Shown here: piece by piece, positions 25,545-45,830 of the stretch
Numbering within the stretch: position 1 is the stretch's first letter
Layout: every line of letters starts with the position of its first letter
The notes under the pieces: model-generated
The model's input: only the letters and a program-made list of their open reading frames with translations
What the model was told of the DNA's origin: nothing
Database searches by the model: none
Made by a program: the position numbers and the translations under genes
Assembly: GCA_012295275.1 (NCBI GenBank)
Contig: CM022676.1
Location: 17,422,001-17,486,000 of the forward strand
DNA from: Chrysomallon squamiferum
Taxonomy: Eukaryota > Animalia > Mollusca
Length of the DNA: 64,000 nt
Reading direction: 5' to 3'

Positions 25545-28369
25545 GTGTTGATTTGTTAACTGTAGGTGTTTTTCTTCGAAATATTTCTCCTCTTATTCAT
25601 TGCTGGATGATAATTTTTAGTTTTAATTGTAATAAATTAGGAATGTCTCCCATCAAATCAACACAAGTTCTTTCTTCATTACAGTCTTTAATTTATACCG
25701 ATTGTGTAATAATATAGACAATTTATAATAAAATGTATAGAATTGACTCAAACATCTTTCTCTCTTGCCAGATGTTCTGTCTTCTTTGCTGACCTACCTT
25801 TCACCCCAGTCAAACTGACAAAATCCCACACACCCGAACAATAATCTTTACTGTCTTTCTTTTGTAAAGATAGTCTCAGTGACTGTGTTTATAAACGTCC
25901 CAGGTGTCTTCCAGCTCCCAGGTACTTTAATTCTAAACAACGAGAAATAAACCTCCTGAACCACAGTGGTGTTTATGTATTTTTAGTGAAACCAAAGATC
26001 ACAGTAGATGTTTTAGTTCAATCCCTCACATACACTTAATTCACACATTTCAGGTACCATTATCTGTCATATTCTTCTAGATGTTTGTACAGTTCTCCTC
26101 TTAACTATTGTTACATGTTTAGCTTTACAATTATTTTTCAAAGGGGGCAGCAAAGGATCTACTGTTTAATGCAGATAAGTTTATAATAAGTAATAGTTAA
26201 TTATAGGGTCTTCTGTTTTCATTTTACTGGATATATCTAGTGCCGGGAAACAAACTAGATATTGTCTGACAGAAACAAAAAATAATGTTAATATTGTTAA
26301 TATTAATTAATATTCTTATTTTTATAATGCATTTCACAAAGATTTCCTAATATTATAGATTAAAAGAGAAAGAAAGAAAACAAAACAAAACAAGTACAAA
26401 AAAGTATAACACAATTAAGTAGTAACTGGTAGTTGAAACTACAAATAATGGTTAGACTACTTTAAAAATTAATATAACAAAATGTTTTTTTCTGATGCTA
26501 GGCGACACGTAAATATCTTGATTCATAATATTAACTTAAAGTATTCAGACATCAGCTAATCAAAATAGGCTAGCCCTTGAAGCAATGAGCAAATAGCAGA
26601 ACAGGTACATTTCAGTTAAGAATCATAAGAGAATTGAGTGAGCTTCCCTTGAAACTACAAGGAAACATGACAGAAGCCTGATGCTGCAGCTGATGATAGT
26701 CTCATTGATTGCTAGCCGAGTTTTCTTGCAGATTTACTTGTTTCTTCTTATTTTTATTTTTATTATTATTATTTGTTTTTAATACGAGAGTAAGTTTCAT
26801 ATGTATTTTACAATATCCATCTGAACTTAAGGTACATCAACTTTTGTAATTATGATACCTTTTGGCAGCCATCTTTAAACATTGAACATCCAATTTGAAT
26901 TATTTTGTCAGTTTATAATTATGCACATGGTGATATTTATATTTTTTACATGAAGAAGTTTTTAATCATTTTATTTCTGATTCCTCTAGAAGTGTCTGTG
27001 AAAATGCTTAAATCAATATCACTGGTTCAGTACAAAGAAGGCCAGCTTACTTCTTTTTTTTCTGTCATAAAATGTGAATAGTGTTTTTCTACCATTTTAA
27101 CTTTAAAACATTACACACCAACATTCTTTCAAGGCAATATATAAAAAGTTCAATGAACCATCCATATAAAAAAGTTTAAATTCACTGGACATTATACTAT
27201 TTACAAAGATAATGTGAGTCTAATATTTTAGATTCACAAAGGAAGGTTCATCTGGAAACATCAGTTTATGTATAAATTATCAATTAGATGTTATGTATGA
27301 CTTAAGAAAACTACTGAAAGATTATTAAAATAAAAAATAAGAAATGCAGTAAAGATTTTGGCTAGCTAAACTGAAAACTGTATTTAGAATCAATTGAAAA
27401 TGTTACAGTTGCAATAACATTACTGAATACATCATGAATGCTGATATGATCTACCCATTTTTTACAAAGAATCTAATTATTTTAGAATAACAGGAAACAA
27501 ACAGTTTAAAATAATCAGAAATCTGTGTACAAAAATAACTTTTATGGCAATAAATTTGATTTCTTATTTCTTCAGGTGCTATTATAAATTCTTGGAAGAG
27601 TGAATAACTGTTGAATATATAGCTGTAGAGAACTATAAATACTTTGTATTTTGTCTAATAGCATTATTTATTTTCTCACTGCCTCATAGTCATGGAACAA
27701 TGTGAAAATTTTCAGTGATATTCGTTTATATAAATCCTTTCTGTAAATAAAAAATACTGGAAGAACATGATTTAACCATTCAAAACCACACTTATACATT
27801 CATTTAAACCACACAAATACAGACTAATTTAGAAAAATAACACTTATATATATATATATATATATATATCACTGAGCATTGTATTTAACAAAACTAAAGT
27901 AGTTAATTTTGGTTAAGAGATCCTTTTTAACAATATCCATATTTCAACAACAACAACAACAGAAAAAAATAATGTTTATGCGATGTTTCAACAATGCCTG
28001 CAAAACAAAAAAAAAAAAAAAAAAGGTTATCGACCATAAATATATACATACATATTACATACATACAGACACAGAGAATGGGTTCACCTATTACGTGTAT
28101 GAATCTCAGCAGTATATGGATTGTACAGAGAAACAACATCATTGTGTTTGTCCATGTTTCCTCACCACTCAACTGTTTGTGTAACAGCAACATTTTATTT
28201 TATTTATTTATATTTCATAATCAGTTGATAATTTATATATTTAGTTACTGTTGTTAATATTGTTAAACTTCTTTATCTATTTATTTATAATTTCTTATTA
28301 TTAATTAGTTGATTTCTTTCTCATTTTATTTATTGCTCATTATTATTATTATTATTACTTGAGTTAGTA

Positions 28370-29330
28370 TAGGGGTAATGCTTACTATTAGGTGTTATAT
28401 AGGTGTTAGGTTTAGATTAGTGTAGATATTAGGTTTAGAATTAAGGGTTAGTGTCGGTGTCATGTTTAGTATTAGCTGTTAGTGTATGTGTCAGTTTTAG
28501 TATTAGGTGTTTTGTAGGTGTAGGGTTTAGTATTACTTGATAGTGTAAATGTCATATTCAGTATTAGTGTAGGTGTTAGGTTTAGTATTAGGTGTTAGTC
28601 TAAGTGCTGTGTTTAGTATTAGGTGTTAGTGTAGTTGTTGTGTTTGTATAGGTGTTAGGTTTAGTATTAGCTGTTAGTGCAGCTGTCATGTTTAGTATTA
28701 GGTGTTGTGTTTGTATAGCTGTTAGGTTTAGTATTAGGTGTTAGTGTAGTTGTTGTGTTTGTATAGGTGTTAGGTTTAGTATTAGGTGTTAGTGCAGGTG
28801 TCAGGTTTAGTATTAGCTGTTAGTGCAGCTGTCATGTTTAGTATTAGGTGTTGTGTTTGTATAGCTGTTAGGTTTAGTATTATGTGTTAGCGTAGGTGTT
28901 GTGGTTAGTATTAGGTATTAGTGTAGGTGTTGTGGTTAGTATTAGGTATTAGTGTAGGTGTTGTGGTTAGTATTAGGTATTAGTGTAGGTGTTGTGGTTA
29001 GTATTAGGTATTAGTGTAGGTGTTGTGGTTAGTATTAGGTATTAGTGTAGGTGTTGTGGTTAGTATTAGGTGTTAGTGTAGGTGTTGTGGTTAGTATTAG
29101 GTATTAGTGTAGGTGTTGTGGTTAGTATTAGGTGTTAGTGTAGGTGTTGTGGTTAGTATTAGGTGTTAGTGTAGGTGTTGTGTTTAGTATTAGGTGTTAG
29201 TGTAGGTGTTATGTTTAGTATTAGGTGTTAGTGTAGGTGTTGTGTTTAGTATTAGGTGTTAGCGTGTGAGTTGTTTTTAGTATAAGATGTCAGTATAGAT
29301 ATTAGTGTAGCTGTTGTGTTAAATATTAGG
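28370..29330. repeat. TTAG/TTAGG-rich 31-bp satellite
   Basis: Unit ttagtattaggtattagtgtaggtgttgtgg is homogeneous at 28900-29260 and degenerate at the edges; strong G/T strand bias. Confidence 0.92.
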
Positions 29331-29736
29331 TCAAATTCTTTGTTTTACTGCTGTGATTAGTTTCATAATAAACATAGTTCTTCTGAACTTTTGTACAAAT
29401 TAAATTAATTGAGATTCGGGTGATAAATGACATAATTACATGTTCACTGCTTGTAGACCTTATTTTGTTAAAGCCTTTATAAAGTTCGATAGCTGTCGTA
29501 TTTCTAGGTCGCACTGCCATTACGTCGAATTCAGTAAAACAAAGCAAAATGTGCGCCATACATATTTATCCAAACTTCTGCTTTCAACACTAAACCTAAA
29601 TAAGTTAATTCACTTAGCTACTAAGACATTAATGATAATGTTGTTCATTTAGCTGCTTATAGTGGTTACATGGAACGTGGATCAATATTTGTTACGGCTT
29701 CAAAAAGTGCAAACATTTCATCTTGAGCTCGCGGTT

Positions 29737-34485
<4,749 letters not shown>

Positions 34486-34489
34486 ATAT

Positions 34490-35740
34490 AATAGTTGTAC
34501 TGGAAATAGTAGGGCTAGAAATAATAGTAGTAGTGGAACCAGTATGGCCAGTAATAATAGTAGTAGTGGAAATAGTATGGCTAGTAATAATACTAGTAGT
34601 GGAAATGGTAGGGCTAGTAATAATAATAGTAGTAGTGGAAATAGTATGGCTAATAATAATGGTAGTAGTGGAAATAGTTTGGCTAATAATAATAGTGGTC
34701 CCAGAAAATGTTGGGCTAGTAATAATAGTAGAAGGGATAGTAATAATAATAGTAGTAGTTCAAATAGTATGGCTAGAAATAATAGTAGTAGTTCAAATAG
34801 TATGGGCAGTAATAATAGCAGTAGTACTGGAAATAGTAGGGCTAGTAATAACAGTAGTAGTAGTGGCACTGGAAATAGTATGGCTAATAATAATAGTAGT
34901 ACTGGAAATAATATGGCTAGTAATAATAGTCGTAGTGGAAATAGTTTGGCTAGTAATAATAGTAGTGCCGGAAATAGTATGGCTTGTAATAACAATAGTA
35001 GCAGTACTGGAAATAGCAGAGCTAGTAATAACAATAGTAGCAGTACTGGAAATAGCAGAGCTAGTAATAAGAGTAGTACTGGAAATAGTATGGGTAGTAA
35101 TAATGGTAGTAGTAGTGTTACTGGAAAGAGTATGGCTAATAATAATGATAGTAGTACTAGAAACAGTATGTCTAGTAATAACAGTACTAGTGGAAATAGT
35201 ATGGCTAATAATAATAGTAGTACTATAATTAGTATGGCTAGTAATAATAGTAGTAGTGGAAATATTAGGGCTAGTAATAATAATAGTAGTAGTGTTACTG
35301 GAAATAGTATGGCTAATAATAATAGTAGTACTATAACTAGTATGGCTAGTAATAATAGTAGTAGTGGAAATATTAGGGCTAGTAATAATAATAGTAGTAG
35401 TGTTACTGGAAAGAGTATGGCTAATAATAATAGTAGTACTATAACTAGTATGGCTAGTAATAATAGTAGGAGTGGAAATTGTAGTGCTAGTAAAAATAAT
35501 AGTAGTAATGGTGCTGGAAATAGTATGGCTAATAATAATAGTAGTAGCAGTAGTACTGGAAATAGTAGGCGCAGTAATAATAATAGTAGTAGTGGTACTG
35601 AAAATAGTATGACTAGTAATAATAGTAGTAGTCGAAATAGTTTCGCTAGTAATAATAGTATTCCCGGAAATTGTAGGACCAGTAATAATAGTAGTAGACG
35701 AAATTTTTTGGCTACTCAGAATAGTAGTACTGGAAACAGT
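34490..35740. repeat. AAT/AGT-based compound minisatellite (ggaaatagtatggctagtaataatagtagt)
   Basis: About 30-42 bp triplet-built units; produces the 464-aa Ser/Asn ORF and two hydrophobic ORFs in the track. Confidence 0.9.
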
Positions 35741-36299
35741 GTTTATTTTGCATTATCATGTATCAGTTGTATTATTTATTAACTGTATGTTTTCCGGTGT
35801 ATACAATAAAGAAAGAAAGAAAGAAAGAAAGAACGAAAAATTGAAATAGATAAATAAAAAGAATTAAGTGAAGCAGATAAATAATTAATAATTTAAAACA
35901 AAAACACTACATTGATCAGTATAAGTATTAGGATTTGGTGGTATTTGTCGAAACCGGTAGTCAGATCGCTTTGAATCGGAATATGTACAAATAAAAAACT
36001 GTCCCACATTTTGTGATTCTGAATTACATTGCAAATTTCACGATCCGAGGTATAACGTTTCTTGTCGCCAGTACCATTAACACACTATTTTTGTCTGACC
36101 TAACTACAGACAGTTGTTAGCGACACGTTTTTCACCAGTATACTGTGTGAGAAATGTGCATAAATATTTCAGAGAGAAAATAAGAAATAACAAATTATAT
36201 ATCTCTTTGTTTCTGTAACAGGTTTAAAATATCCATGTTACATTACGCTTCACAAATTATACCTCATCTACGGTCACACGCATTTCGAGTTGTAGGACG

Positions 36300-36455
36300 T
36301 CAGATTTCAGTCACGTGTTTATCAGCAGACACATTTATTAACAGCGACTCACAGAAATTATTTCAGTGACGTGTTGTCAGCTCCAGTAAAACCACTCACA
36401 AACAAGGACGTATTTTGTGTAAGCAGACAGCCATTTTGAGATTTGAAGGTAGTTT
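36300..36455 (+). promoter_or_regulatory. Inr+DPE core promoter and 70-nt non-coding first exon (copy 1)
   Basis: GTCACGTG and TGACGTG upstream; Inr-like TCAGCT with A+1 at 36379; GGACGT at 36406 (+28); cagccattttg; tttgaag|GTAGTT at 36448/9. Confidence 0.65.
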
Positions 36456-36670
36456 GCATTTCATTGTGATTTAATATATACCGTGCTATTATTTGCTTAA
36501 AATAAATCAGCAATACTGAATTTGTAATAAGTTTTATTAATTAATTAATTTATTTATTTATTTATTTTTAGATTCCTCAGTTAAGGGACCTATAGAAAAA
36601 CCGTAAAACAGAAATTATTCCTATCTACGAAATTCTCGACGACAAAGTTTTTAAAGGTAGGCAGCCATAT

Positions 36671-36802
<132 letters not shown>

Positions 36803-36833
36803 TTGTGTTTGTGTGTGTGTGTGTGTGTCTCTC

Positions 36834-36928
<95 letters not shown>

Positions 36929-37169
36929 GTGTAATTGTGTAAGAATGGATCATTAATAATAGCCCTAGATGTAATAGTAGAAGTCCCAGTAGTAATTGTA
37001 GTAGAAGTAGTAGCAGATGTTTTAGTAATAGAAATAGTACTAGTAGTTGTTTTTTTTTAAACAGATTCCATTATCGTCATCATTATCATAATCATCATTC
37101 TAATATAGTCGTATGTATTTTTAACGGCTTATTCTCTATTTTTTACCTCTCTGTTATTTTTTTTTTTTT

Positions 37170-37212
<43 letters not shown>

Positions 37213-37254
37213 TTTGTTAGTTTATTATTGGTTAAGATCTGTGATGTGATAGCA

Positions 37255-37645
37255 TTAAGGTTAGGGTGATAGTTTGAGTGCTATTAGGATAATAATACAC
37301 TCTGAGATAAAAGTATGTTATTTATCACTGGTTCAGACAGGACAGATGTAGAGTTATGATTCAAGTAAGTAATATTAGAAACGCTGATGTATTTAGATTT
37401 CATTCAGGTTTGGAATTAGTGTTGGTTTAAGATTAAATTTAACGTTAAGATTACTAATTCCTGTAAACAGTTTCATGTAAAAATAGTATCCTGTATGAAT
37501 AATATCTGTTTAAAGACTATCCTGAATAAACACTATTCTCTACGAGTCATCAATCTGTGAAAGTGAAAAACCTGTTTTTAAATAACCTTACCACTAATTA
37601 AACACCCTCTTCTGCCAACCTCTTACAACCCTCCTTGTGTCCTTG
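37255..37645 (+). repeat. Dispersed repeat shared with 47600-48065
   Basis: acagatgtagag...aagtaatat.agaaacg...atcctgaat.aacacta...catcaatct.tgaaa...tcttacaaccctc is present at both sites. Confidence 0.8.
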
Positions 37646-37663
37646 TTTCAAATATCAAAAAGT

Positions 37664-37703
<40 letters not shown>

Positions 37704-37739
37704 GCAATGACAATAATAACAATATCAAAATAATCTGTA

Positions 37740-40481
37740 AATAATATGCAGCTCTCTTATATATGTAAAACCTGTGCAATGAATCAAACTTTACAGACAG
37801 TGAAAAGAAAACTAGAACAAATCGGTTGTTATTTCAAAACTTATGTACATTTCATGTTAGTGACATAGGTCATTTTCACCCCGTGGTTATGATGTTGAAA
37901 ATGAAAACAATCATTTAGTGAGTTAGCTGAGAAACTGAGTCAAAATCATTATTTTCTCCGAAGTCATAGTCCCAGTATCAAGATAAGATAATTTAGTTTG
38001 TGTAGATTCCTGTCATGTGTAATTATTTATTTATTTATTTATGTTTTACTGTAACTCGCTCTCCCTCTCTCGCTCTCTCTCTCCACAGCTAGTGACAAAA
38101 GAAAACTGAACACAAAATAATTTGTTTTCTATTTTCTTTTCTAAATAATAATAATAATAATAAATAAATAAATAAATAAACAGATATAAACATTTGCAAT
38201 ATTATTGAAATAAAGCACCAGTTATTAATAAGAAAATCATATAGTATTGGAAGTAATGTTAATAAAAATATAGTTCATTATCTAAGTTTTCAGTATTGTT
38301 GTGAGATTTCTCTCTATTTGTCTGTCTGTCCAACCATGTTTATTAATTTCATTTCGTTGTTTGCACGTATCAATGAAACAGCGTGCACTGAAAAGAAAAG
38401 ACGAAATATGATTTGTAACACACGGATTTACAGATCTCCTGTCAGGTATCCAGTTTCGTACCTCGTTATGTTTTTGAGATATCAGTCATTGCGTTTTTGT
38501 TGTTTGTACATATTAATGAGAGAGGAGATCAAAGAACAACCTTCTTATCTGCGAATAGAACATTTTATACAATGTGTCATACGGTAATAATAATACTAAT
38601 AATAAACTGTGATTATTGGGAATCAGTCCCTTGTTCAAACTAACTTAAACATTCCCAGTAACAAAAGACAAAACATAATGTGTTACATCAGGATTTAAAA
38701 CACGAGTCTAAGATGTCTAGTGAGGTATCAAATTTAATATGTAGTCACGTTTTCAATATCTCGGGTGTTTCTTTTTTTTCTTTTTTTTTTTTTTTTGTCT
38801 GCTTTAACCTACCAATTCTCTTGCTCTTTATTCTATATTCATTATATATATATTTAACTCTGTTTCCATTTATTTATTGATTTCTGCATTTTTCTTTACT
38901 TATCAACAAAAATAAATATATAACAGTAATAAGTACATACTTTATTTCTGTAGTCATCTGTTACATTTCTTTTCGTTGTTCATGTGTGTGTGTGAGAAAC
39001 TGATTGTATTGTAAACTGTTTTAGATAGATGACGTTACAATATTTATATTTTGCACTGCAAGCATCATATCTCTGATTATTGTGAATCAGTCCCTTGCTC
39101 CAACTAACTCGAGCGTGCACAGCAAAGGAAACGTGACATATGATTTGTAGCACGATTTGAAACACGTGTCTAGAGATCTTTGAGACGTAACGTTTAGATA
39201 TTATGTGAGTAAAACTTGTGCCTTGAAAATTATATATAACTGTTTTATGAGTATTTTAATTTAACACACTGCGAAGGATTTTCTATTTTATTATTATTAT
39301 TATTTTTGTATTATTATTATTGTTATTCTTCTTCTTCTTCTTCTTATTATTATTTTTTTTTTTTTTTTGTTGAAACGAAGGAGCTATGTTTATAATTTGT
39401 TAGATACAACTAATTAATTTTCTAAATTCACTGTTACAGTCTGTAATAATACACTAATAACAGACACAATAACCTGGTTTGTAGATAGACGGTGTAAAAT
39501 AATACAAAAATAAATCTTGTTTAAACTTGAACACTGAACTGGCGAGAATCGTGTATTTTGAACTATACGAATGAAAAACGATACACATACTACTACTACT
39601 ACTACTGCTACTATTACTACTACTTAATAATAATAATAACAATAATAATAATATTTTATGAATATTTTTGTAGCTATATTATATATACATATATATATAT
39701 TTTTTTTTTTTTTCTGTATGTTTATATTATATATACCAAACGCTGCACACCAAAGAATATATATATTTGTTTCTATTTTTGATTTCTAATGAAATAAATA
39801 AATAGATAAGTACATAAAAATATTTGCAATATTTTTGGGAATAAAATACATTAATTAATAAGTAAATTATATCGTATTGGCAGTAACAGTAATAATATTA
39901 TAGGCATAAAGTTCTTTGTCTATTTAATTAAATATATAACCGGTCATAGTTTAGAGTTTTGTCGAATCATTATATATATAAGGAACTGGAAATAGCAAAT
40001 AATATAACATCAATTCAAACTGTGTTAAAAATTCTAAATCAGTAAATGTTATTATTCTCAGTCGAGTTATAAAATGTATTTCCAAATCTAACACCTAATT
40101 GTCAAATATTAAGTGTTGTTAGAAATACACCTACTTTATAATATGTTTGTCTACCACGTTTTGAGAAGAAAGGAGAGAGTACCACTAGTACTTTGAAATT
40201 ATATACAATTTAAAACGTTGCCAATTAATTATTTTGTTGTTGTAATTGTTGAAACAGAGGTGCTACGTTTATAATTTGTGATAAATAATTAATATTTTGA
40301 TAAAATGACTGCCACAGTCTGTAACAATTCATTAATAACACACAATAACTGGTTTTTACATGGGCAGAGTAAAATACCCCGCTAAAAACAAATCTTGTTT
40401 AAACTTGAATACTGAACTGGCGAGTATCGTGTCTTTTGAATTGTACGAATAAAAACTATACGTATAATAATAATAATAATG

Positions 40482-40554
<73 letters not shown>

Positions 40555-42254
40555 TAACCATAACAATAATAAAAATAAAATATTTTCTGTAAATATTATG
40601 TAGCTATATATATATATATATATATGAGTGTGTGTGTGTATGTGTGTGTCTGTGTAAAACTTGCGCAATGAATCAAAGCTTTACAGATAGTGAAAAGAAG
40701 ACAAAACATATATCAATTGTTAATTCAACGTGGTTAACTTGTCATGTGTATTTATTTATTTACTTATTTTATTTTTGTTTTACTGTTACTCTCTCTCTCT
40801 CTCTCTCGCTCTGAGTAAGTAGAGGCAAAAACAAAACGCTGCACACCAATGAATATATTATTTCTATTTTCTTTTGTAAACAAATAAATAAATACATAAG
40901 TTCATAAATAAAAACCTTTCCAATATTATTGAAAATAAAGACCATTAATTAATAAGTAAATTATATATTATTGGTAGTGAATGTAATAATAATAACACCA
41001 TAAAGTTCATTATCTAATTAATTAATTATGTCAGCTGTCATATTTTAGTTTTGTCCGAAAACTTTGGACAACCTTAAAATTATGTGACGTCCTTCGGTTG
41101 GATAATAGCAGTTGAAAAGTTTTGTTAAGTTATTTTAATAACTATTTCATTAAAAATATTTCCCTATCTAAGAAATTGTCAAGGCATATAATATTAATAA
41201 CGTTTTCACTGTTGCTGTTAAATTTTTGTCTCTTTGTCTGTCCAACCATGTTTCTCAATTTTAGTTCTACGAATCTCAATACCGGCCCTGTCACCCGCTC
41301 CTAGATTGTTGTGAATCAGTCCCTTGCTCAAACTAACTTAAACATACACAGTACACAAAAGACAAAACATAATGTCTTACATCAGGATTTAAAACACGAG
41401 TCTAAGATGTCTAGTGAGGTATCAAATTTAATATGTAGTCACGTTTTAAATATCTCGGATGTTTCTTTTTATTTATTTTTTTGTTTGTTTTAACTTACCA
41501 ATTATCTTGCTCTTCCTTCTATATTCATTATATATATTTAATTATGTTTCCATTGATTTATTTATTTCTGTATTTTTCTTTACTTATCAACACAATTCAA
41601 AATATCACAGTAATAAGTACATACTTTCTTTCTGTAGTCATGTGTTACATTTCTTTTCGTTATTCAGTGTGTGAGTGTGTGTGAGTGTGTGTGTGTTTGT
41701 GTGTCTGAATCTGTCTTAGGAAGATGACGTGACGATATTTATCTTTTTCACTGCAAACATCATAAATTCTTTCCTGGTGGACTGCGAAGTATAACATATA
41801 ACTCTCCAAGTAACAAGCTATCTGACTAACGAAACAAACAAACAAACTAATAAACAAATAAACAATTAAACACACAAATAAACAAACAAATAAAGAGACA
41901 AACAAATACACAAATAAACAAACAAAATAAAACAAAATGAAACAAAAATATATGGTTTTGTTCCTAATCCTAAAAGCACTGAATCTCAGTACCGGCCCTT
42001 TTCCCCCCTCTCTGAATATTGTGAATCAGTCCCTTGTTTCAACTAACTCGAGCGTATACAGCAAACAAAACGCGAAATATGCTTTTTAACACCGCGATTT
42101 AAAACACGTTTGTGCAGATCTCACGTGAGGTATCCAGTTTAGTACCTAGTCATGTTTTTGACATCTCGGTTATTATGTTTGTACATGTTAATGAGAGCGG
42201 GCTTAAGAATATTTTTCATATCTGTAAATAGAAGATTTTAAAATTGCGTCCTAC

Positions 42255-42340
<86 letters not shown>

Positions 42341-43392
42341 TAACCATAACAGTAATAAGAATAAGAAAATATTTGTTCTAAATATTATGTAGCTATAAAT
42401 ATATATATATATAAACACACACATATGTTTCTGTGTGTACGTGTTTAAAAATATCAGTTGTTTCAACGCGTTTAATGTGTATTTATTTATTTTTATTTTT
42501 TATTTATTTTTTTTACTGTAACTTTCTCTCTCGCTCTCTGTAAGAAGATGCAAAAACAAAACGCTGCACACCAAAGAAAATATATTTTTTCTATTTTCTT
42601 TTTCTAAAAAAATATATAAATACATAAACACATAAATAAAAACATTTCCAATATTATTGAAATTAAAAACCATTAATTAATAAGTAAATTATATAGTATT
42701 GGTAGTAATAGATATAATAATAATATGGCCATAAAGTGCACTATCTAATTAATTTATTATGTAAGCGATCACATTTTACAGTTTTCTCTGAAACGTTTGT
42801 ATAACGTTGACATTACGTGACGTCGTTCGGTGGGATCATAGCAGCAGAACAGCTTTGCTAAATTATTTTAATAACTATTTGATTGATATTATTTCCTTAT
42901 TTAAGAATCTCTCAAGATATTTAATATTAATAATGTTTTCAGTGTCGCTGTTAAATTTTTCTCTCTTTGCCTGTCTGTCCAGCCATGTTGATCAATTTTA
43001 GTTCTACGAATCTCAGTACCGGCCCTGTGACCCGCCTCCTGAATCGGTCCCTTGTTCAAACTAACTTAAACGTGCACAGCAAACAAAAGACAAAACATAA
43101 TCTCTTACATAAGATCGCGTGTATAAGGTCTCTAGTGTAGTATCAACTTTAATATGAAGTCACGTTTTTAATATTTCCGGTACTTGTTCTATTTTCTTTG
43201 TATTGACATACCAGTTCTCTTGCTCTTCCTTCGTTATGTATTCATCTATTTATTTAGTTATTCCTAACTATTTATTTGCTTGTTTTTCTTTACTTATTAT
43301 CAACATCAAATCAATATACACTTTATTTGTGTAGTGATGTGTAAAATTTCATTTCGTTGTGTGCACGTATCAATCAGACCGGATATGTATAT

Positions 43393-43446
<54 letters not shown>

Positions 43447-44505
43447 ACATACATACACTTACACATATATGTATGTATATATATTATCGAAGTTATTGTT
43501 ACTATACCTGTTACGTTAAAACTCGTGTGTGAGTGTGTTTGTCTATGTGTGTGTATCTGTGTGTGAAAGGATTTGTATTGTAAAGTTTTTAGAAATGAGT
43601 CGTCCAATATTTATTTTAGCACTACAAACATCATATCTCTCTGCTTATAAGTTACGAAGTGTTAGGAAACTGTAACGAAATCGAACATATATTAAAAACA
43701 AACAAACAAATAAATAAATAAATAAATAAATAAATAAATACATAAACAAACAAAATAAAACAAAGTGTAACAGAGATATATGGTTTTCTTTCGTGATGCT
43801 AAAAATACTGAAGTCTCAGTACCGGTCCTGTTCCCCTCCTCTGTGATTAGTGTGAATCAGTCCCTTGATCCAACTAACTCGAGCGTGCACAGCAAACAAA
43901 ACGCGAAAAATTAATTATAACACTTCGATTTACAACAGGTGTCTAGAGATCTCCTATGAGGTATCTAGTTTTGTAACTAGTCATGTTTTTGAGATACCAG
44001 TAATTGCGTTTTGTTGTTTGTACGTATTAATTGAGACAGGAGATCAAAGAACAAATTTCTTATCTGCGAACAGAATTTTTTGTACAATGCGTCCAGCAGT
44101 AATAACAACAACAACAACAACAACAACAATAATAATAATAATAATAATAATAATAACTGTTTGTGGCACACTAGAGAAATAACATGTAAGTTAAAAAAAA
44201 AATTAAAAAAGAAAAGAAAAGTAAAAAAGAAAAAAGAAATAAATTAAAAAAGAAAAACAGCAGAAAAGAAAAACAACAAAAAACGTGCAACACAAATTGC
44301 AAATACTTTGTTACATATAACTAATTAATTTTATAAATTCACTGTCACAGTCTGTACCAATATTTCAATAGGACATAACAACTGATTTGTTCATGGACAG
44401 TGTAGAATAGTACATTTTACCCCGGCAAAAATAAATCTTGTTAAGATTTGAATAATGAACAAACGAGTTTCATGTCTTTTAAACTGTACGAATGAAAAAC
44501 AATGC

Positions 44506-44593
<88 letters not shown>

Positions 44594-45400
44594 TTCTTGT
44601 GAATACTATGTAAATATATATCTTAAGATTTAAAACACGACTGTAAGATCTCTAGTGAGGTATCATATATTGCTTAAACTAACTCGAACGTACACTGAAA
44701 ACAAAAGGCGAAATATGATTTGTAAAACCGCGATTAAAAATACGTGTCTACAAATCTGATGATATGTAACCAGTTTAGTACCCAGTCACGTTTTTGAGAT
44801 ATCAATCATTATGTTTTGTTGTTTGTACGCATTAATGAGAGACAATAAAGAAATAATAACAATAATAATAACAATATGAACAGCAAAAGCAACAACACAA
44901 AAACAACAACATTTTTGAGACACACTAAAGAAATAAGTTGTAAGTAAAAAAAAAAAACGTTTTAAAATTATATATCATAAACAAAAACAACTACAAAAAA
45001 AAAACAGGAAAAAGTCATTGGAAATAGCAAATAATATAATATAATATAAAGCCAAACTGCGTTAAAAATCTAATTCAGTAAGTATCATTGTTCTCGGTCA
45101 ATATAAAAATATGTATTTCCCAATCTAACACTTAATTATTACTCATAAGGTATTGTTAGAGATACAGCTACTTTTTAATCTGTTTGTCTACTACATTTTC
45201 AGAAGAAAAGAGTGAGTACCACTAGTACCCTAAAAATTATATATAATTTTAAACGTTGCCAATTAATTATTTGGTTCTTGTTGTTGTAATTTTTGAAACA
45301 AAGGCGCTACGTTTATAATTTGATGCAAAAAATAAATGTTGTTTAAACTTGAATAGTGAACTGGCGAGTATCGTGTCTTTTGAATTGTATGAATGAAAAA
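37740..45400 (-). repeat. Right arm of the modular inverted-repeat array (tandem diverged 2-3 kb units)
   Basis: gaatc(a/g)gtcccttg..aactaact at about 38620, 39084, 41313, 42023, 43042 and 43854; aaacgctgcacaccaa at about 39738, 40834 and 42559. Confidence 0.9.
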
Positions 45401-45539
45401 AAGATACAAAAATAGTAATAATAATAAAAAAAAATTGTGAATATTACTGAAATATTCTATAAATATAACCACTCAACAAGTAATGGAGCAAATAATCCAC
45501 CAAATAATGTAAGATGAAGAGGAAAACACAGATATATAT

Positions 45540-45654
<115 letters not shown>

Positions 45655-45767
45655 TCACACACACACACACACACTTACGCACATTAGTTCTGTTAGAAAA
45701 GAGAACATTATCCTCCAAATTTCATAACAGGCTTCGTTTCGAATTGATATGTATGTAAGTATGTATT

Positions 45768-45830
<63 letters not shown>

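Noticed and set aside
28370-29330. True interstitial telomere
   Set aside because: No tandem TTAGGG or TTAGG runs; the unit is a 31-mer.
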